A DNA stretch of 64,000 nt from Flavobacteriales bacterium (lineage in GTDB: Bacteria > Bacteroidota > Bacteroidia > Flavobacteriales_D > CAJJDF01), in contig CBFHVI010000007.1 in the NCBI GenBank assembly GCA_965658995.1, positions 24,848-88,847 on the forward strand, given 5' to 3'. The translations under genes were made by a program, and so were the position numbers. How positions within the stretch are numbered: position 1 is the stretch's first letter; the number at the start of each line of letters is the position of its first letter. Under the pieces are notes generated by a model, which worked only from the letters and a program-made list of their open reading frames with translations, searched no databases and had not been told where the DNA came from. This document shows positions 15,829-24,346 of this stretch, piece by piece.

Positions 15829-15869
15829 TGTTTAACAAATTACATGTAAAGTTAAACAAATTTTAAACA
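15829..15869. promoter_or_regulatory. Nested inverted repeat, candidate operator at the promoter of the photolyase cluster
   Basis: TGTTTAAC-aaa-TTACATGTAA-a-GTTAAACA (15829-15858). The outer arms are a perfect 8-bp inverted repeat around a perfect 10-bp palindrome, and a third half-site TTTAAACA sits at 15862-15869. It starts 11 nt upstream of the SDR start codon. Confidence 0.45.
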
Positions 15870-16067
15870 AGATGTGGAGAGTAGGCAACGAAAAATTTGG
15901 GGGTAAGGATGGGGTTAATTATCTTTTTTCGAATGGATAGTTTTGTCGAAGTGACAAAAGAGATAAAGAAGTGAGTTTGGAAAAAAATGCCTTTTGTAGT
16001 GAGCAATTTCTGGTAAAAATTGTTAACTACAGAAAGCAATTCGTTCTTTTTTTCTGTTTTTCTGACC

Positions 16068-18491
16068 TTAAAACCTCAAATTCAACCCAACCAAAAAGTT
16101 GGTAGAAGCCTGAGGATAGAATCCTATAAGCTGCTGAAATTCACCACCCGAAGAATAGCGATAGCTCCAAGCATTGGCAGAGTAGAGCTCGTTTGTGAGG
16201 TTGTAGATAGAACCGAACAATGTGATTTTGTCTATCCCGGTTTTGAATTTGATGTCGTAGTTGATTCTTAAATCATGTACAAAATAGGCCGCGAGCATAC
16301 GGTCTCTGCTTTGGGTGTTGTCCACAAATTGTTTGCCCACGTATTTGCTGATAAGCGCAATGCTCAAATTATCTATTCTGTTTGCCATTCTGGGTCCGTC
16401 AAACTGCACGTAAGGTTTGAACTCAAAAATACTACTGGCGACAAAGTTAGGCGAAAAGGCTAGAGTGGAGTTGGTGTGTCGCACTGTGTCTTTTCCCCAA
16501 GTATCCCAGTTATCCACATATTCTGTCCATTGCTGGATTTTGTTTTGGCTCAAGGTGAGGTTTCCGCTCCATTTTAGTCCTTTGGTCAGTTGTATTCCTC
16601 CTTCTATTTCTATTCCTAGTCGGTAACTATCCTCGATATTTGTTCGCACCGAAGCTCCCACATCGTTTATTTCTCCAGTGGCTACCAATTGGTTTTTGTA
16701 CAACATGTAATATCCGTTTACGCTCAGGGCATACTTGGATTTGGACCGTTTGAAACCCAATTCCAAATCGTACAAGCTTTCGTGCGTAGGACGCGAGGTA
16801 GGCGAAGATTCGGTAAAATCATCGCGGTTTGGCTCTTTGTTTGCCACCGCAAACAATCCATAAAGTTTGGTGCTCGAATTCAGGGCATACGAGGCACCTA
16901 CTTTTGGGTTGAAAAACAGAAAATTTGCATCCTGCTGTACGTTTCTCTTTTGGTTGTCAAACCCCAAAAAATTGTAGGTAATTCGTCTTAATTGCAAATC
17001 CAAAAAGGTGTTTAGTTTTTTGTTTACCTGCACATTGGTTTTGGAGTAAATGTTTCCATCTGTTTTGGTGGCATTGTTGTCGTAATATCGTTCTCTGATG
17101 TCGGTATTATTGGCAAATTGTGCCCAAATCACCTCCCCAAAATGGTCGCCATCATAGTGGTTGTAGCCACCACCTAGGATGGTTTGGATTTTTGTGTTTG
17201 GGTTGTATTTCAGAGAAAAAATCCCCCCATAAAAATCGTTGTCGAGCCATCTTCTTCGAATCAAATCGGTGGTGCTTCGGGTGATGTTTGTACTGTCGTT
17301 GATGTACTCTACAAACGGACTTATTCCGTAGTCTGACATGTCATCGTCTTCTCGGTATTGTTCAAAAAATCCGGCTCCACGAGTGTAATGCAAAGCCGTA
17401 TTGAGAATGAGATTATTACTGATTTTTCTGTCAAAAAACAATTGATAATGCGTTTGTTGGTAGTCATCCACTTCGTTTTCGTAGGTGTAGGGATTGTAGG
17501 TGCGGTTTGTTTCTAGCGAATCTTTTGGGATTCCTGCCCAAGCTTGGTAGGTTCTTTCTTTTCCCGAAAAGGTAATGAATTTCAGGTTGTTTTTGCCCGA
17601 AGCATACTGCCCCGAGAAGTAGTATGATTGCAAATCTGCAGAAGCTCTATCCACAAAACCATCCGACTGTATGTTGGACAATCTTCCGTCAAAAGAAAAC
17701 TTACGATTGATGACTCCTGTTCCAAATTTCACGGTGTTTCTTATCGTTCCGAACGACCCAATCGAGTTGTTGACTTCGCCATATGGCGTTTCGGCCCGAA
17801 AATCGGTGTACAAATTGACCGATGCACCAAACGCACCTACGCCATTTGTGGAGGTACTGGCACCTCTTTGTATATCTATACTCTCCACCGAGGAGGCAAA
17901 ATCGGGCATATTCACAAAAAACACTCCATGGCTCTCAGCGTCATTTACCGGAATTCCATTGATTGTCACATTGATTCGCGATTGGTCGGTTCCTCTTATT
18001 CTCATGTAAGTATATCCCACACCTGCACCCGCATCCGAGGTCACCACCATGGAAGGAGATTGCTGCAAAAGGTAAGGAATGTCTTGCCCCAAATTGTTTT
18101 TGGCAATTTCTTCTTTGTCTATTGTGGTGTAAGTGGTGGGAGTAGATTCCTCTATACGCGTTCCATTTACTGTAAACTCGTCAATCAGTACATTTTTTCG
18201 TCTCATTCTCACAGAAGCGTCAAAGTTTTTGTTCTCAATCTTCACATTGTATCTAAATTCATAACAACCTACATAGTTGTAAATCAACACATAATCTCCG
18301 TTTTTTAAATCTTTGAATTCAAAATACCCTTCTCCATTAGTAGTAGCAACATATTTTGTCTCTTCCATTTGGATAGTTACCCAAGGCAGAGGTTGGTTGT
18401 CTTGATCGGTAACGGTTCCTGTGATTTTGAACTGGGAAAATGAAGTGGCTACAAAAAGTAGTGAGGTAAAAATTAGGGTAAATTTTCTCAT
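16068..18491 (-). CDS. TonB-dependent receptor (CarboxypepD_reg + plug + barrel), probably for thiamine or a thiamine precursor
   Basis: 807 aa with a signal peptide, a plug region and a terminal F. A TPP riboswitch sits in its 5-prime leader. Confidence 0.85.
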   Translation of the reverse strand: MRKFTLIFTSLLFVATSFSQFKITGTVTDQDNQPLPWVTIQMEETKYVATTNGEGYFEFKDLKNGDYVLIYNYVGCYEFRYNVKIENKNFDASVRMRRKNVLIDEFTVNGTRIEESTPTTYTTIDKEEIAKNNLGQDIPYLLQQSPSMVVTSDAGAGVGYTYMRIRGTDQSRINVTINGIPVNDAESHGVFFVNMPDFASSVESIDIQRGASTSTNGVGAFGASVNLYTDFRAETPYGEVNNSIGSFGTIRNTVKFGTGVINRKFSFDGRLSNIQSDGFVDRASADLQSYYFSGQYASGKNNLKFITFSGKERTYQAWAGIPKDSLETNRTYNPYTYENEVDDYQQTHYQLFFDRKISNNLILNTALHYTRGAGFFEQYREDDDMSDYGISPFVEYINDSTNITRSTTDLIRRRWLDNDFYGGIFSLKYNPNTKIQTILGGGYNHYDGDHFGEVIWAQFANNTDIRERYYDNNATKTDGNIYSKTNVQVNKKLNTFLDLQLRRITYNFLGFDNQKRNVQQDANFLFFNPKVGASYALNSSTKLYGLFAVANKEPNRDDFTESSPTSRPTHESLYDLELGFKRSKSKYALSVNGYYMLYKNQLVATGEINDVGASVRTNIEDSYRLGIEIEGGIQLTKGLKWSGNLTLSQNKIQQWTEYVDNWDTWGKDTVRHTNSTLAFSPNFVASSIFEFKPYVQFDGPRMANRIDNLSIALISKYVGKQFVDNTQSRDRMLAAYFVHDLRINYDIKFKTGIDKITLFGSIYNLTNELYSANAWSYRYSSGGEFQQLIGFYPQASTNFLVGLNLRF

Positions 18492-18557
18492 GGTTTTGTT
18501 ATTGATGGTTAATAATCTTCCAAGAGATGCACCTAATTTTTTAGGGGGTAGACAGAA

Positions 18558-18650
18558 TCTTCCTTAAAAATCCCTTCCATGAATTACCACGGCAGGTTCG
18601 ATGGGTATAATCTCAGCCCGAAAATTGTTAGGGCACCCCTTAGTTGTGTC
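18558..18650 (-). promoter_or_regulatory. TPP (THI-box) riboswitch
   Basis: The reverse strand reads cuaaGGGGUGCCCuaacaauuuucGGGCUGAGAuuauACCCaucGAACCUGccgugGUAAUucaugGaAGGGAuuu. This contains the conserved GGGGUGC, CUGAGA, ACCC, GAACCUG, UAAU-loop and AGGGA elements in canonical order, with compatible stems. It lies between a -7 box and the receptor ATG. Confidence 0.85.
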
Positions 18651-18657
18651 AAAGGTA
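18650..18657 (-). promoter_or_regulatory. -7 promoter box TACCTTTG (reverse strand)
   Basis: Exact TAnnTTTG match immediately upstream of the riboswitch 5-prime end. Confidence 0.5.
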
Positions 18658-18685
18658 TATTATTTTTAGTTAAGTTAAAAAATTA

Positions 18686-18693
18686 TATCTTTG
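18686..18693 (+). promoter_or_regulatory. -7 promoter box TATCTTTG
   Basis: Exact TAnnTTTG match 26 nt upstream of the ATG at 18719. Confidence 0.45.
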
Positions 18694-18718
18694 ATTTATT
18701 CAAAATAAATCTCAAACT

Positions 18719-19255
18719 ATGCGACTTACAATAGGATTATCAATAGCTGCGATATTTTTAGTTTCCAGCTGTGGAATAAAAAAAGAGCTTACAGAGAAAA
18801 CAGCAACAAACATTGAGCTTGTGAAGGAAAATACAGAGCTGAAAAGTGAACTTGCTGGAATGAAAGAGCAAGTAAAATACTTGTCTACACAGCTAGAAAT
18901 AGCTACAGGAAATCAAGTAGTAGATGGGGTAGAAAGATTTGATTTGACTCCCTCTCAAATAATAGTGAACGCGGCAGAAATAATGCCTCAGTTGGCGGGA
19001 GAGTTTACCTTATCACAAGTGATTGAGGAGACATTAAACCGAGAAGGGTCAGTTGCTGAGCCTGGCACAGTGTACACAGAAATGGTTGTTTTGGAGGACG
19101 GAACGTTAACTAGTTTCGCCCCTATTGGAAAATCTACCATTAACCAACAAGCACAAGCTGTAAAATTATTGAAAGCTACCTCCCCCTGGATACCCGGTGA
19201 GATAAGTGGCGAAGGTGTAAAAGTAAGAATGGTAGTGCCAATTACCTTTAAATAA
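18719..19255 (+). CDS. Lipoprotein with a TonB-C-like C-terminal domain
   Basis: Lipobox LVSSC, then a coiled-coil-like segment. The C-terminus [29 protein letters not shown] matches the W-PG...G..V...PI-F pattern of TonB C-terminal domains. Confidence 0.6.
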   Translation: MRLTIGLSIAAIFLVSSCGIKKELTEKTATNIELVKENTELKSELAGMKEQVKYLSTQLEIATGNQVVDGVERFDLTPSQIIVNAAEIMPQLAGEFTLSQVIEETLNREGSVAEPGTVYTEMVVLEDGTLTSFAPIGKSTINQQAQAVKLLKATSPWIPGEISGEGVKVRMVVPITFK

Positions 19256-19262
19256 AAAAAGC

Positions 19263-20450
19263 ATGTACGGAAAATTAAAAGATTACCTTCAACAGGAATT
19301 GAAGGAAATTAAAGAAGCGGGATTATACAAATCCGAAAGGGTAATAGTAAACCCACAATCAGCTGAAATTGCGGTTAGCACTGGTGATAACGTGTTGAAT
19401 TTTTGTGCCAATAATTACTTGGGACTTTCGTCTCATCCAGAAGTGATAAAAGCTGCCAAAGACACCTTAGATTCTCATGGTTTTGGAATGTCTTCAGTGA
19501 GATTTATCTGCGGAACACAGGATATTCATAAAGAATTGGAAAGGAAGATAGCCGATTTTTATGGAACGGAAGATACTATTTTGTATGCTGCGGCCTTTGA
19601 TGCAAATGGTGGAGTATTTGAGCCGATTTTTGGGGCAGAAGATGCCATTATTTCGGATTCGCTGAACCATGCTTCCATTATTGATGGAGTAAGATTATGC
19701 AAAGCGGCAAGATACAGATATACTCACAGCGACATGGCAGATTTGGAAGAGCAATTGATAAAAGCACAAGACCAACGTCACAGAATAATTGTGACCGATG
19801 GAGTGTTCTCTATGGATGGAGATTTGGCCAAAATGGACGAAATATGTGCCTTAGCGGAAAAATATGATGCCTTGGTAATGACTGACGAGTGTCACTCTGC
19901 CGGATTTATCGGCAAAACGGGAAGAGGAGTGCCTGAGTATTTTGGCGTGATGGACAAAGTAGATATCATCACCGGAACTCTCGGAAAAGCTCTGGGTGGA
20001 GCTATGGGAGGTTACACCACAGGTAAAAAAGAAATTATTGACATGCTACGGCAGCGTTCTAGACCTTATTTGTTTTCGAATTCCTTGGCTCCGGCAATCG
20101 TGGGTGCGTCAAACAAAGTGTTTGACATTTTATCCGAAAGTACGGAATTAAGAGATAAGTTGGAGTCTAACAAAGATTACTTTAAAGCCAAAATTCAGGA
20201 GGCAGGTTTTGATATAAAGGAAGGTGATTCCCCTATCGTTCCTATTATGTTATATGATGCTAAATTATCGCAGGACTTTAGTAACGAATTGTTGAAAGAG
20301 GGAATTTATGTTATAGGTTTCTACTACCCTGTTGTTCCGAAAGGTCAAGCGAGAATAAGAGTTCAACTTTCGGCAGGTCACGAAATGGAGCACTTAGATA
20401 GAGCAATAGAAGCGTTCATTAAAGTGGGTAAGAAATTGATGGTGATTTGA
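19263..20450 (+). CDS. kbl: Glycine C-acetyltransferase (2-amino-3-ketobutyrate CoA ligase)
   Basis: 395 aa class-II aminotransferase. The N-terminus [16 protein letters not shown], the motifs NNYLGL and DECHSAGF, and the PLP-lysine region [10 protein letters not shown] are typical of Kbl. Confidence 0.9.
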   Translation: MYGKLKDYLQQELKEIKEAGLYKSERVIVNPQSAEIAVSTGDNVLNFCANNYLGLSSHPEVIKAAKDTLDSHGFGMSSVRFICGTQDIHKELERKIADFYGTEDTILYAAAFDANGGVFEPIFGAEDAIISDSLNHASIIDGVRLCKAARYRYTHSDMADLEEQLIKAQDQRHRIIVTDGVFSMDGDLAKMDEICALAEKYDALVMTDECHSAGFIGKTGRGVPEYFGVMDKVDIITGTLGKALGGAMGGYTTGKKEIIDMLRQRSRPYLFSNSLAPAIVGASNKVFDILSESTELRDKLESNKDYFKAKIQEAGFDIKEGDSPIVPIMLYDAKLSQDFSNELLKEGIYVIGFYYPVVPKGQARIRVQLSAGHEMEHLDRAIEAFIKVGKKLMVI

Positions 20451-20473
20451 TTCTGTTAACATCGATAGTTCAT

Positions 20474-20508
20474 AAAAAAGGCGATTTCTCATGAAATCGC
20501 CTTTTTTA
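20474..20508 (+). terminator. Rho-independent terminator of kbl
   Basis: Stem ggcgatttc / gaaatcgcc (20480-20488 / 20493-20501), loop tcat, then a T6 run. Confidence 0.85.
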
Positions 20509-20571
20509 TGTCGATTCAACAAGTCCGTTTAATAGAGTTTCACATTCGTCAAAATAGGTTTGAATGAACTT

Positions 20572-20793
20572 TTATGAGGCATAGGTAATGAACTGTACCG
20601 ACCCATTTTCGTTGGAGTAATAATATCCATAATAAGAAAATTTAATTCCTTGCGTGGTGCCGTTCATTTGAAATAATAGGACTTTGATGCCATTTACGGT
20701 TCGGTATTCTTCCTTTACAATTTTGAGGTCTGCAGAATATCCAAAATATATTTTATTGAATTTAGAGCTAAATAGAACGTAAACTTGAAACAT
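20572..20793 (-). CDS. Hypothetical 73-aa protein, possibly a chimeric gene remnant
   Basis: The first ~23 aa, MFQVYVLFSSKFNKIYFGYSADL, look like the GIY-YIG nuclease N-terminus. The rest is a Y/G-rich beta-strand-like tail with no nuclease motifs. Confidence 0.3.
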   Translation of the reverse strand: MFQVYVLFSSKFNKIYFGYSADLKIVKEEYRTVNGIKVLLFQMNGTTQGIKFSYYGYYYSNENGSVQFITYAS

Positions 20794-20800
20794 TTTAACA

Positions 20801-20842
20801 AAAAATAAAAAAGACCACTAGTAGTCTAGTGATCTTTTTTTT
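20801..20842 (-). terminator. Hairpin with flanking A/T runs, putative terminator
   Basis: Stem agaccactag / ctagtgatct (20812-20821 / 20826-20835). On the reverse strand the single mismatch becomes a G-U pair and a T-run follows. Confidence 0.45.
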
Positions 20843-20866
20843 AGTAGATAACTCTATTGAAATATC

Positions 20867-20890
20867 GAACTTAAGTTTTACTCCAAGAGA
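20867..20890. repeat. Direct repeat copy 1 containing the palindrome AACTTAAGTT
   Basis: gaacttaagttttactccaagaga matches 20935-20958 at 22 of 24 positions. Confidence 0.7.
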
Positions 20891-20934
20891 ATTGATTGAC
20901 ACTCATCATATAATGACTCTTATTGTGAAAAGTT

Positions 20935-20958
20935 CAACTTAAGTTTTACACCAAGAGA
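20935..20958. repeat. Direct repeat copy 2 containing the palindrome AACTTAAGTT
   Basis: caacttaagttttacaccaagaga, 68 bp downstream of copy 1. Confidence 0.7.
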
Positions 20959-21035
20959 TTTTTTAGAAACAATTTTAATAACAAGGACCATATCAAAAGA
21001 CAAGAATTTACATCCATTAGTGTGACCTTTATTCT

Positions 21036-21911
21036 TTATCTCAATCCATTAATATCATATCTCGATACAAAATTCCAAACCAATTCAGATGTGCTCTGAC
21101 CTTGGTAAGTGGCGCTAAACCAAACATGATCTCCTCCTATGAATTTATAATGCTCAACAGAAACTGAGCTATCTCCTTGGTCATAGACATAACGTTCAAT
21201 ATTATTGTCACTTGTTATAGTAGGGGTTAAAACTGTATTGTTGAAATTAATCCAGTGGTCTAATGTACTTTGTGCAGAGTTCCAGTCATTGTTCCCATTA
21301 TATGGTAGTACTCCATCAGATGTTCCGTGAAGATGTACTACCGGCATAGGATGATTTGTAGATCCCGTACAATCTAACATTACTCCAGAAACAGATGCTA
21401 CCGCAGCAATTAAGTCGCTTTTATAATTTGCGAGCCCATATGCCATCATGCCACCGTTTGAGTATCCTGCAGCATAAATTCTCTCCATATCTACATTATA
21501 CTGAGATGAGATCTCAGTTATCATGGATTCAACAAAACCAAAATCATCAGCATCACTTTTATTGTCTCCTCCTGATGGACAAGCGTTCCAATGAGATAAA
21601 CCATCTAAACAAATACCTTGAGGATAGATTAAAATAAAAGTGTCAGCTTCTGACAATGAGCGCATATCTGCTTCTTGCATATAATCACTTGCACTACCAC
21701 CAAACCCATGAAAATTTAGCATTAGTGGAACAGAAGATGTTCCATCATATGAATTAGGTATGTATAAAACATATTCTCTATTGATACCATCGTGAACTGT
21801 GGACTGTGCATTATTATTTGAGTAACATTCCTCTGGATTTTTATTATCATCTTTTTTACAACTACTAAGAATCGTTAGTAAGAAAGTAAATAGTAAAATT
21901 GATTTTTTCAT
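21036..21911 (-). CDS. Secreted esterase, PHB-depolymerase/LpqC (CE1-like) family lipoprotein
   Basis: Lipobox ILSSC. Motifs PLMLNFHGFGGS and GYSNGGMMAY (nucleophile elbow) are typical of COG3509 esterases. Confidence 0.7.
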   Translation of the reverse strand: MKKSILLFTFLLTILSSCKKDDNKNPEECYSNNNAQSTVHDGINREYVLYIPNSYDGTSSVPLMLNFHGFGGSASDYMQEADMRSLSEADTFILIYPQGICLDGLSHWNACPSGGDNKSDADDFGFVESMITEISSQYNVDMERIYAAGYSNGGMMAYGLANYKSDLIAAVASVSGVMLDCTGSTNHPMPVVHLHGTSDGVLPYNGNNDWNSAQSTLDHWINFNNTVLTPTITSDNNIERYVYDQGDSSVSVEHYKFIGGDHVWFSATYQGQSTSELVWNFVSRYDINGLR

Positions 21912-21963
21912 CGGATTCTATTTTTTTTTAAAACGACGACTTCTTTTTATTATTGTGCATAAA

Positions 21964-22000
21964 TAAAAAAACGGTTACACTATATAATAGTATAACCGTT
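21964..22000 (-). terminator. Rho-independent terminator downstream of tRNA-fMet
   Basis: Reverse strand shows stem acggttata...tgtaaccgt followed by a T7 run, 13 nt after the tRNA 3-prime end. Confidence 0.7.
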
Positions 22001-22012
22001 TTATTGTTTTAG

Positions 22013-22085
<73 letters not shown>

Positions 22086-22099
22086 ATGTATCTTAAATA

Positions 22100-22219
22100 T
22101 TATTTTGGAGCGTTCTTACTGTATTTAGCTACAGTTTTTTCAGCTTTTTGTACTTGTCCTTTGTTATAGTTCAAATTCTCTTGGTTTTTAACTATTTTTT
22201 TTGCAACTCTAATTTTCAT
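22100..22219 (-). CDS. Candidate 39-codon Lys-rich small ORF between a promoter and tRNA-fMet
   Basis: Reverse-strand ATG at 22219 to TAA at 22100-22102 gives MKIRVAKKIVKNQENLNYNKGQVQKAEKTVAKYSKNAPK. A consensus -7 box lies 23 nt upstream. No recognised family. Confidence 0.3.
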   Translation of the reverse strand: MKIRVAKKIVKNQENLNYNKGQVQKAEKTVAKYSKNAPK

Positions 22220-22241
22220 CGTTCTTGTTTTTATCGGACTG

Positions 22242-22249
22242 CAAATATA
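22242..22249 (-). promoter_or_regulatory. -7 promoter box TATATTTG (reverse strand), with a TTG about 20 nt further upstream
   Basis: Reverse strand reads cTTGtgttttaaaataagtttccTATATTTGcag, which matches the Bacteroidota -33/-7 architecture. Confidence 0.55.
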
Positions 22250-22295
22250 GGAAACTTATTTTAAAACACAAGAATAATCGGTACTATTTTTCTCT

Positions 22296-23471
22296 TTATT
22301 TCCTGAATTTTTGACTCTCATCGTACACAAATTCTAGGATTTCTAAATCCTCTTCTGTCAACGAAATATTTCTTCGTTCCATCACTCTTTTGGCAGTGTC
22401 CATTGCTTTTTCAAATTTATACTCTAGCGGTTTTCGTCCGCCCCACGAATAGGAAGGGATGAATTTGGAAGGGAAGTCCGCTCCATATATATTTGCGCTT
22501 ACTCCCACAACTGTGCCTGTATTAAACATAGTGTTTATTGCAGACTTAGAGTGGTCTCCCATAATGAGTCCACAAAACTGTAACTCAGTATCCACATATT
22601 TTCCCTCGGGATAATTGTACAAATCAACGGATTGATAGTTGTTTTTAAGATTCGAGTTATTTGTGTCGGCTCCAAGGTTACACCATTCACCTAAGACCGA
22701 ATTACCCAAAAATCCATCATGACCTTTGTTAGAATATCCTTGAATCATGCAGTTGTTGACTTCTCCTCCTACTTTAGAATAAGGTCCTATTGTGGTAGCC
22801 CCATATATTTTTGCACCCATTTTGATTACTCCATTTTCACAAACTGCAATTGGTCCTCTTAATATACTTCCTTCCATTACCTCTGCTCCTTTGGCAATAT
22901 AAATGGGGCCTGTGGTCGTGTTTAGAATGGCACATTCTACTTTCGCGCCTTCTTCGATGTAAATATCATCTCCTATAATTTGATTCGTCTGTGAGGGAGC
23001 GACAAATGTTCTGTCGTTTTTTATTAATTCAATGTCTGATCGAATAGCTTGATCGTTTAATTGGAACAAATCCCACACATTTTCAATTTGCATAAACTCA
23101 GCTTTGGTCTCTACCATTTTGTATTCACTCAACTCTAGTTCAAGGTTAGAAGAATCTAATGGCAAAGGATTAATCGCAATAATTTTCCCATTAAAAGTAA
23201 GTATCTGCCTATTCTTGAGCTCCAAAAGACTACTCATTAAATCATCTGAGGGAAGTACAGAGGCATTAATACCTATGGAGTTTTCCATTGTAGGTGACCC
23301 AAATTTTTTGGAAAGGTATTCCTGAGTTTTAATTTGAATTGGGTTTTCTATATACTGTTCCCATTTTTCTTTAATAGTAAATAGTCCAATTCGAAGTTCG
23401 GCAACTGGCCTTGTATAAGTTAAGGGCAGTAAATTTTTGTGGTAGATTCCGTCAAATAATATGATGTTCAT
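22296..23471 (-). CDS. GlmU-family putative sugar nucleotidyltransferase (left-handed beta-helix)
   Basis: 391 aa. N-terminus MNIILFDG...LLPLTYTRPVAELRIGLFTIKEKWEQY is typical of the Bacteroidota GlmU-family protein, and hexapeptide repeats occupy the C-terminal half. Confidence 0.75.
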   Translation of the reverse strand: MNIILFDGIYHKNLLPLTYTRPVAELRIGLFTIKEKWEQYIENPIQIKTQEYLSKKFGSPTMENSIGINASVLPSDDLMSSLLELKNRQILTFNGKIIAINPLPLDSSNLELELSEYKMVETKAEFMQIENVWDLFQLNDQAIRSDIELIKNDRTFVAPSQTNQIIGDDIYIEEGAKVECAILNTTTGPIYIAKGAEVMEGSILRGPIAVCENGVIKMGAKIYGATTIGPYSKVGGEVNNCMIQGYSNKGHDGFLGNSVLGEWCNLGADTNNSNLKNNYQSVDLYNYPEGKYVDTELQFCGLIMGDHSKSAINTMFNTGTVVGVSANIYGADFPSKFIPSYSWGGRKPLEYKFEKAMDTAKRVMERRNISLTEEDLEILEFVYDESQKFRK

Positions 23472-23482
23472 ACTGAGTTAGT

Positions 23483-24289
23483 TTAAGTCATTAATTGAGC
23501 CATTTCTGCGTGAATTTCTTTGGCTTTGGCTTTGGCTTTTTCTGCAAAATCTAATCCATTTCCTGCATAGATTATCCCCCTCGATGAGTTTACCAAAAGT
23601 CCAACGTTGTCATTCATTCCATTTTTTACAACCTTTTCTAAACTTCCTCCCTGTGCTCCAACTCCTGGAACGAGTAAAAAATGATTGGGTACTATTTTGC
23701 GTATCTTAGCTAGTAGAGCAGGTCGAGTGGCTCCTACCACATACATAGTGTTGGTTTCATTTCCCCATTCCTTTGAGGTTGAGAGTACTTTTTCGAACAA
23801 TAATTGTCCATTTTCAAGTTTTTGTAATTCAAAATCATCAGCTCCTTTATTAGAAGTTAAGACCAACACAATTGCCCATTTGTCTTTGTGCTGTAAATAG
23901 GGGGTTACTGAATCGCTGCCCATGTAGGGTGCAACTGTTACTGAATCAAATTGAAAGGTATCGAAAAAAGTATTGGCGTAGTACAGGCTAGTATTCCCAA
24001 TATCCCCTCTTTTTGCATCCGCAATAGAAAAATGCGTGGACGGTATGTACTCTATCGTTTTTTGTAAGCTATCCCAACCTCTTGCTCCTAGCATTTCGTA
24101 AAAGGCGATATTTGGTTTATAGGCGACACAATGTTCTTTAGTGGCATCAATAATAGCTTTGTTGAATTCGAAAATTGGATCCTCCGTTTCTAACAAATGA
24201 GCAGGGATTTTATCTAAATCTGTATCCAATCCTACACAAAGGAATGTTTTTTTCTTTTTTATTTGAGATACTAATTCTTGGTAGTTCAT
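23483..24289 (-). CDS. pyrF: Orotidine-5-prime-phosphate decarboxylase (type 2)
   Basis: 268 aa. Motifs [26 protein letters not shown] and VPGVGAQGG. Confidence 0.9.
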   Translation of the reverse strand: MNYQELVSQIKKKKTFLCVGLDTDLDKIPAHLLETEDPIFEFNKAIIDATKEHCVAYKPNIAFYEMLGARGWDSLQKTIEYIPSTHFSIADAKRGDIGNTSLYYANTFFDTFQFDSVTVAPYMGSDSVTPYLQHKDKWAIVLVLTSNKGADDFELQKLENGQLLFEKVLSTSKEWGNETNTMYVVGATRPALLAKIRKIVPNHFLLVPGVGAQGGSLEKVVKNGMNDNVGLLVNSSRGIIYAGNGLDFAEKAKAKAKEIHAEMAQLMT

Positions 24290-24346
24290 TGTTTATACTC
24301 TTTAGTTTTTTCACTGAATCCTTTGGGCTGACTACTTAATACATAG

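Noticed and set aside
15893-15915. Possible sixth, degenerate family-1 repeat copy (tttgggggtaaggatgggg).
   Set aside because: Only about half of the consensus is recognisable and the hairpin arm is missing. It is too weak to call without a genome-wide profile.
17628-18308. 226-aa plus-strand ORF, with a nested 112-aa ORF at 17671-18009.
   Set aside because: It lies entirely antisense to the well-supported TonB-dependent receptor gene. Its translation is Cys/His/Arg/Ser-rich with no recognisable motif, signal or start context. Long open antisense frames are a common by-product of codon bias.
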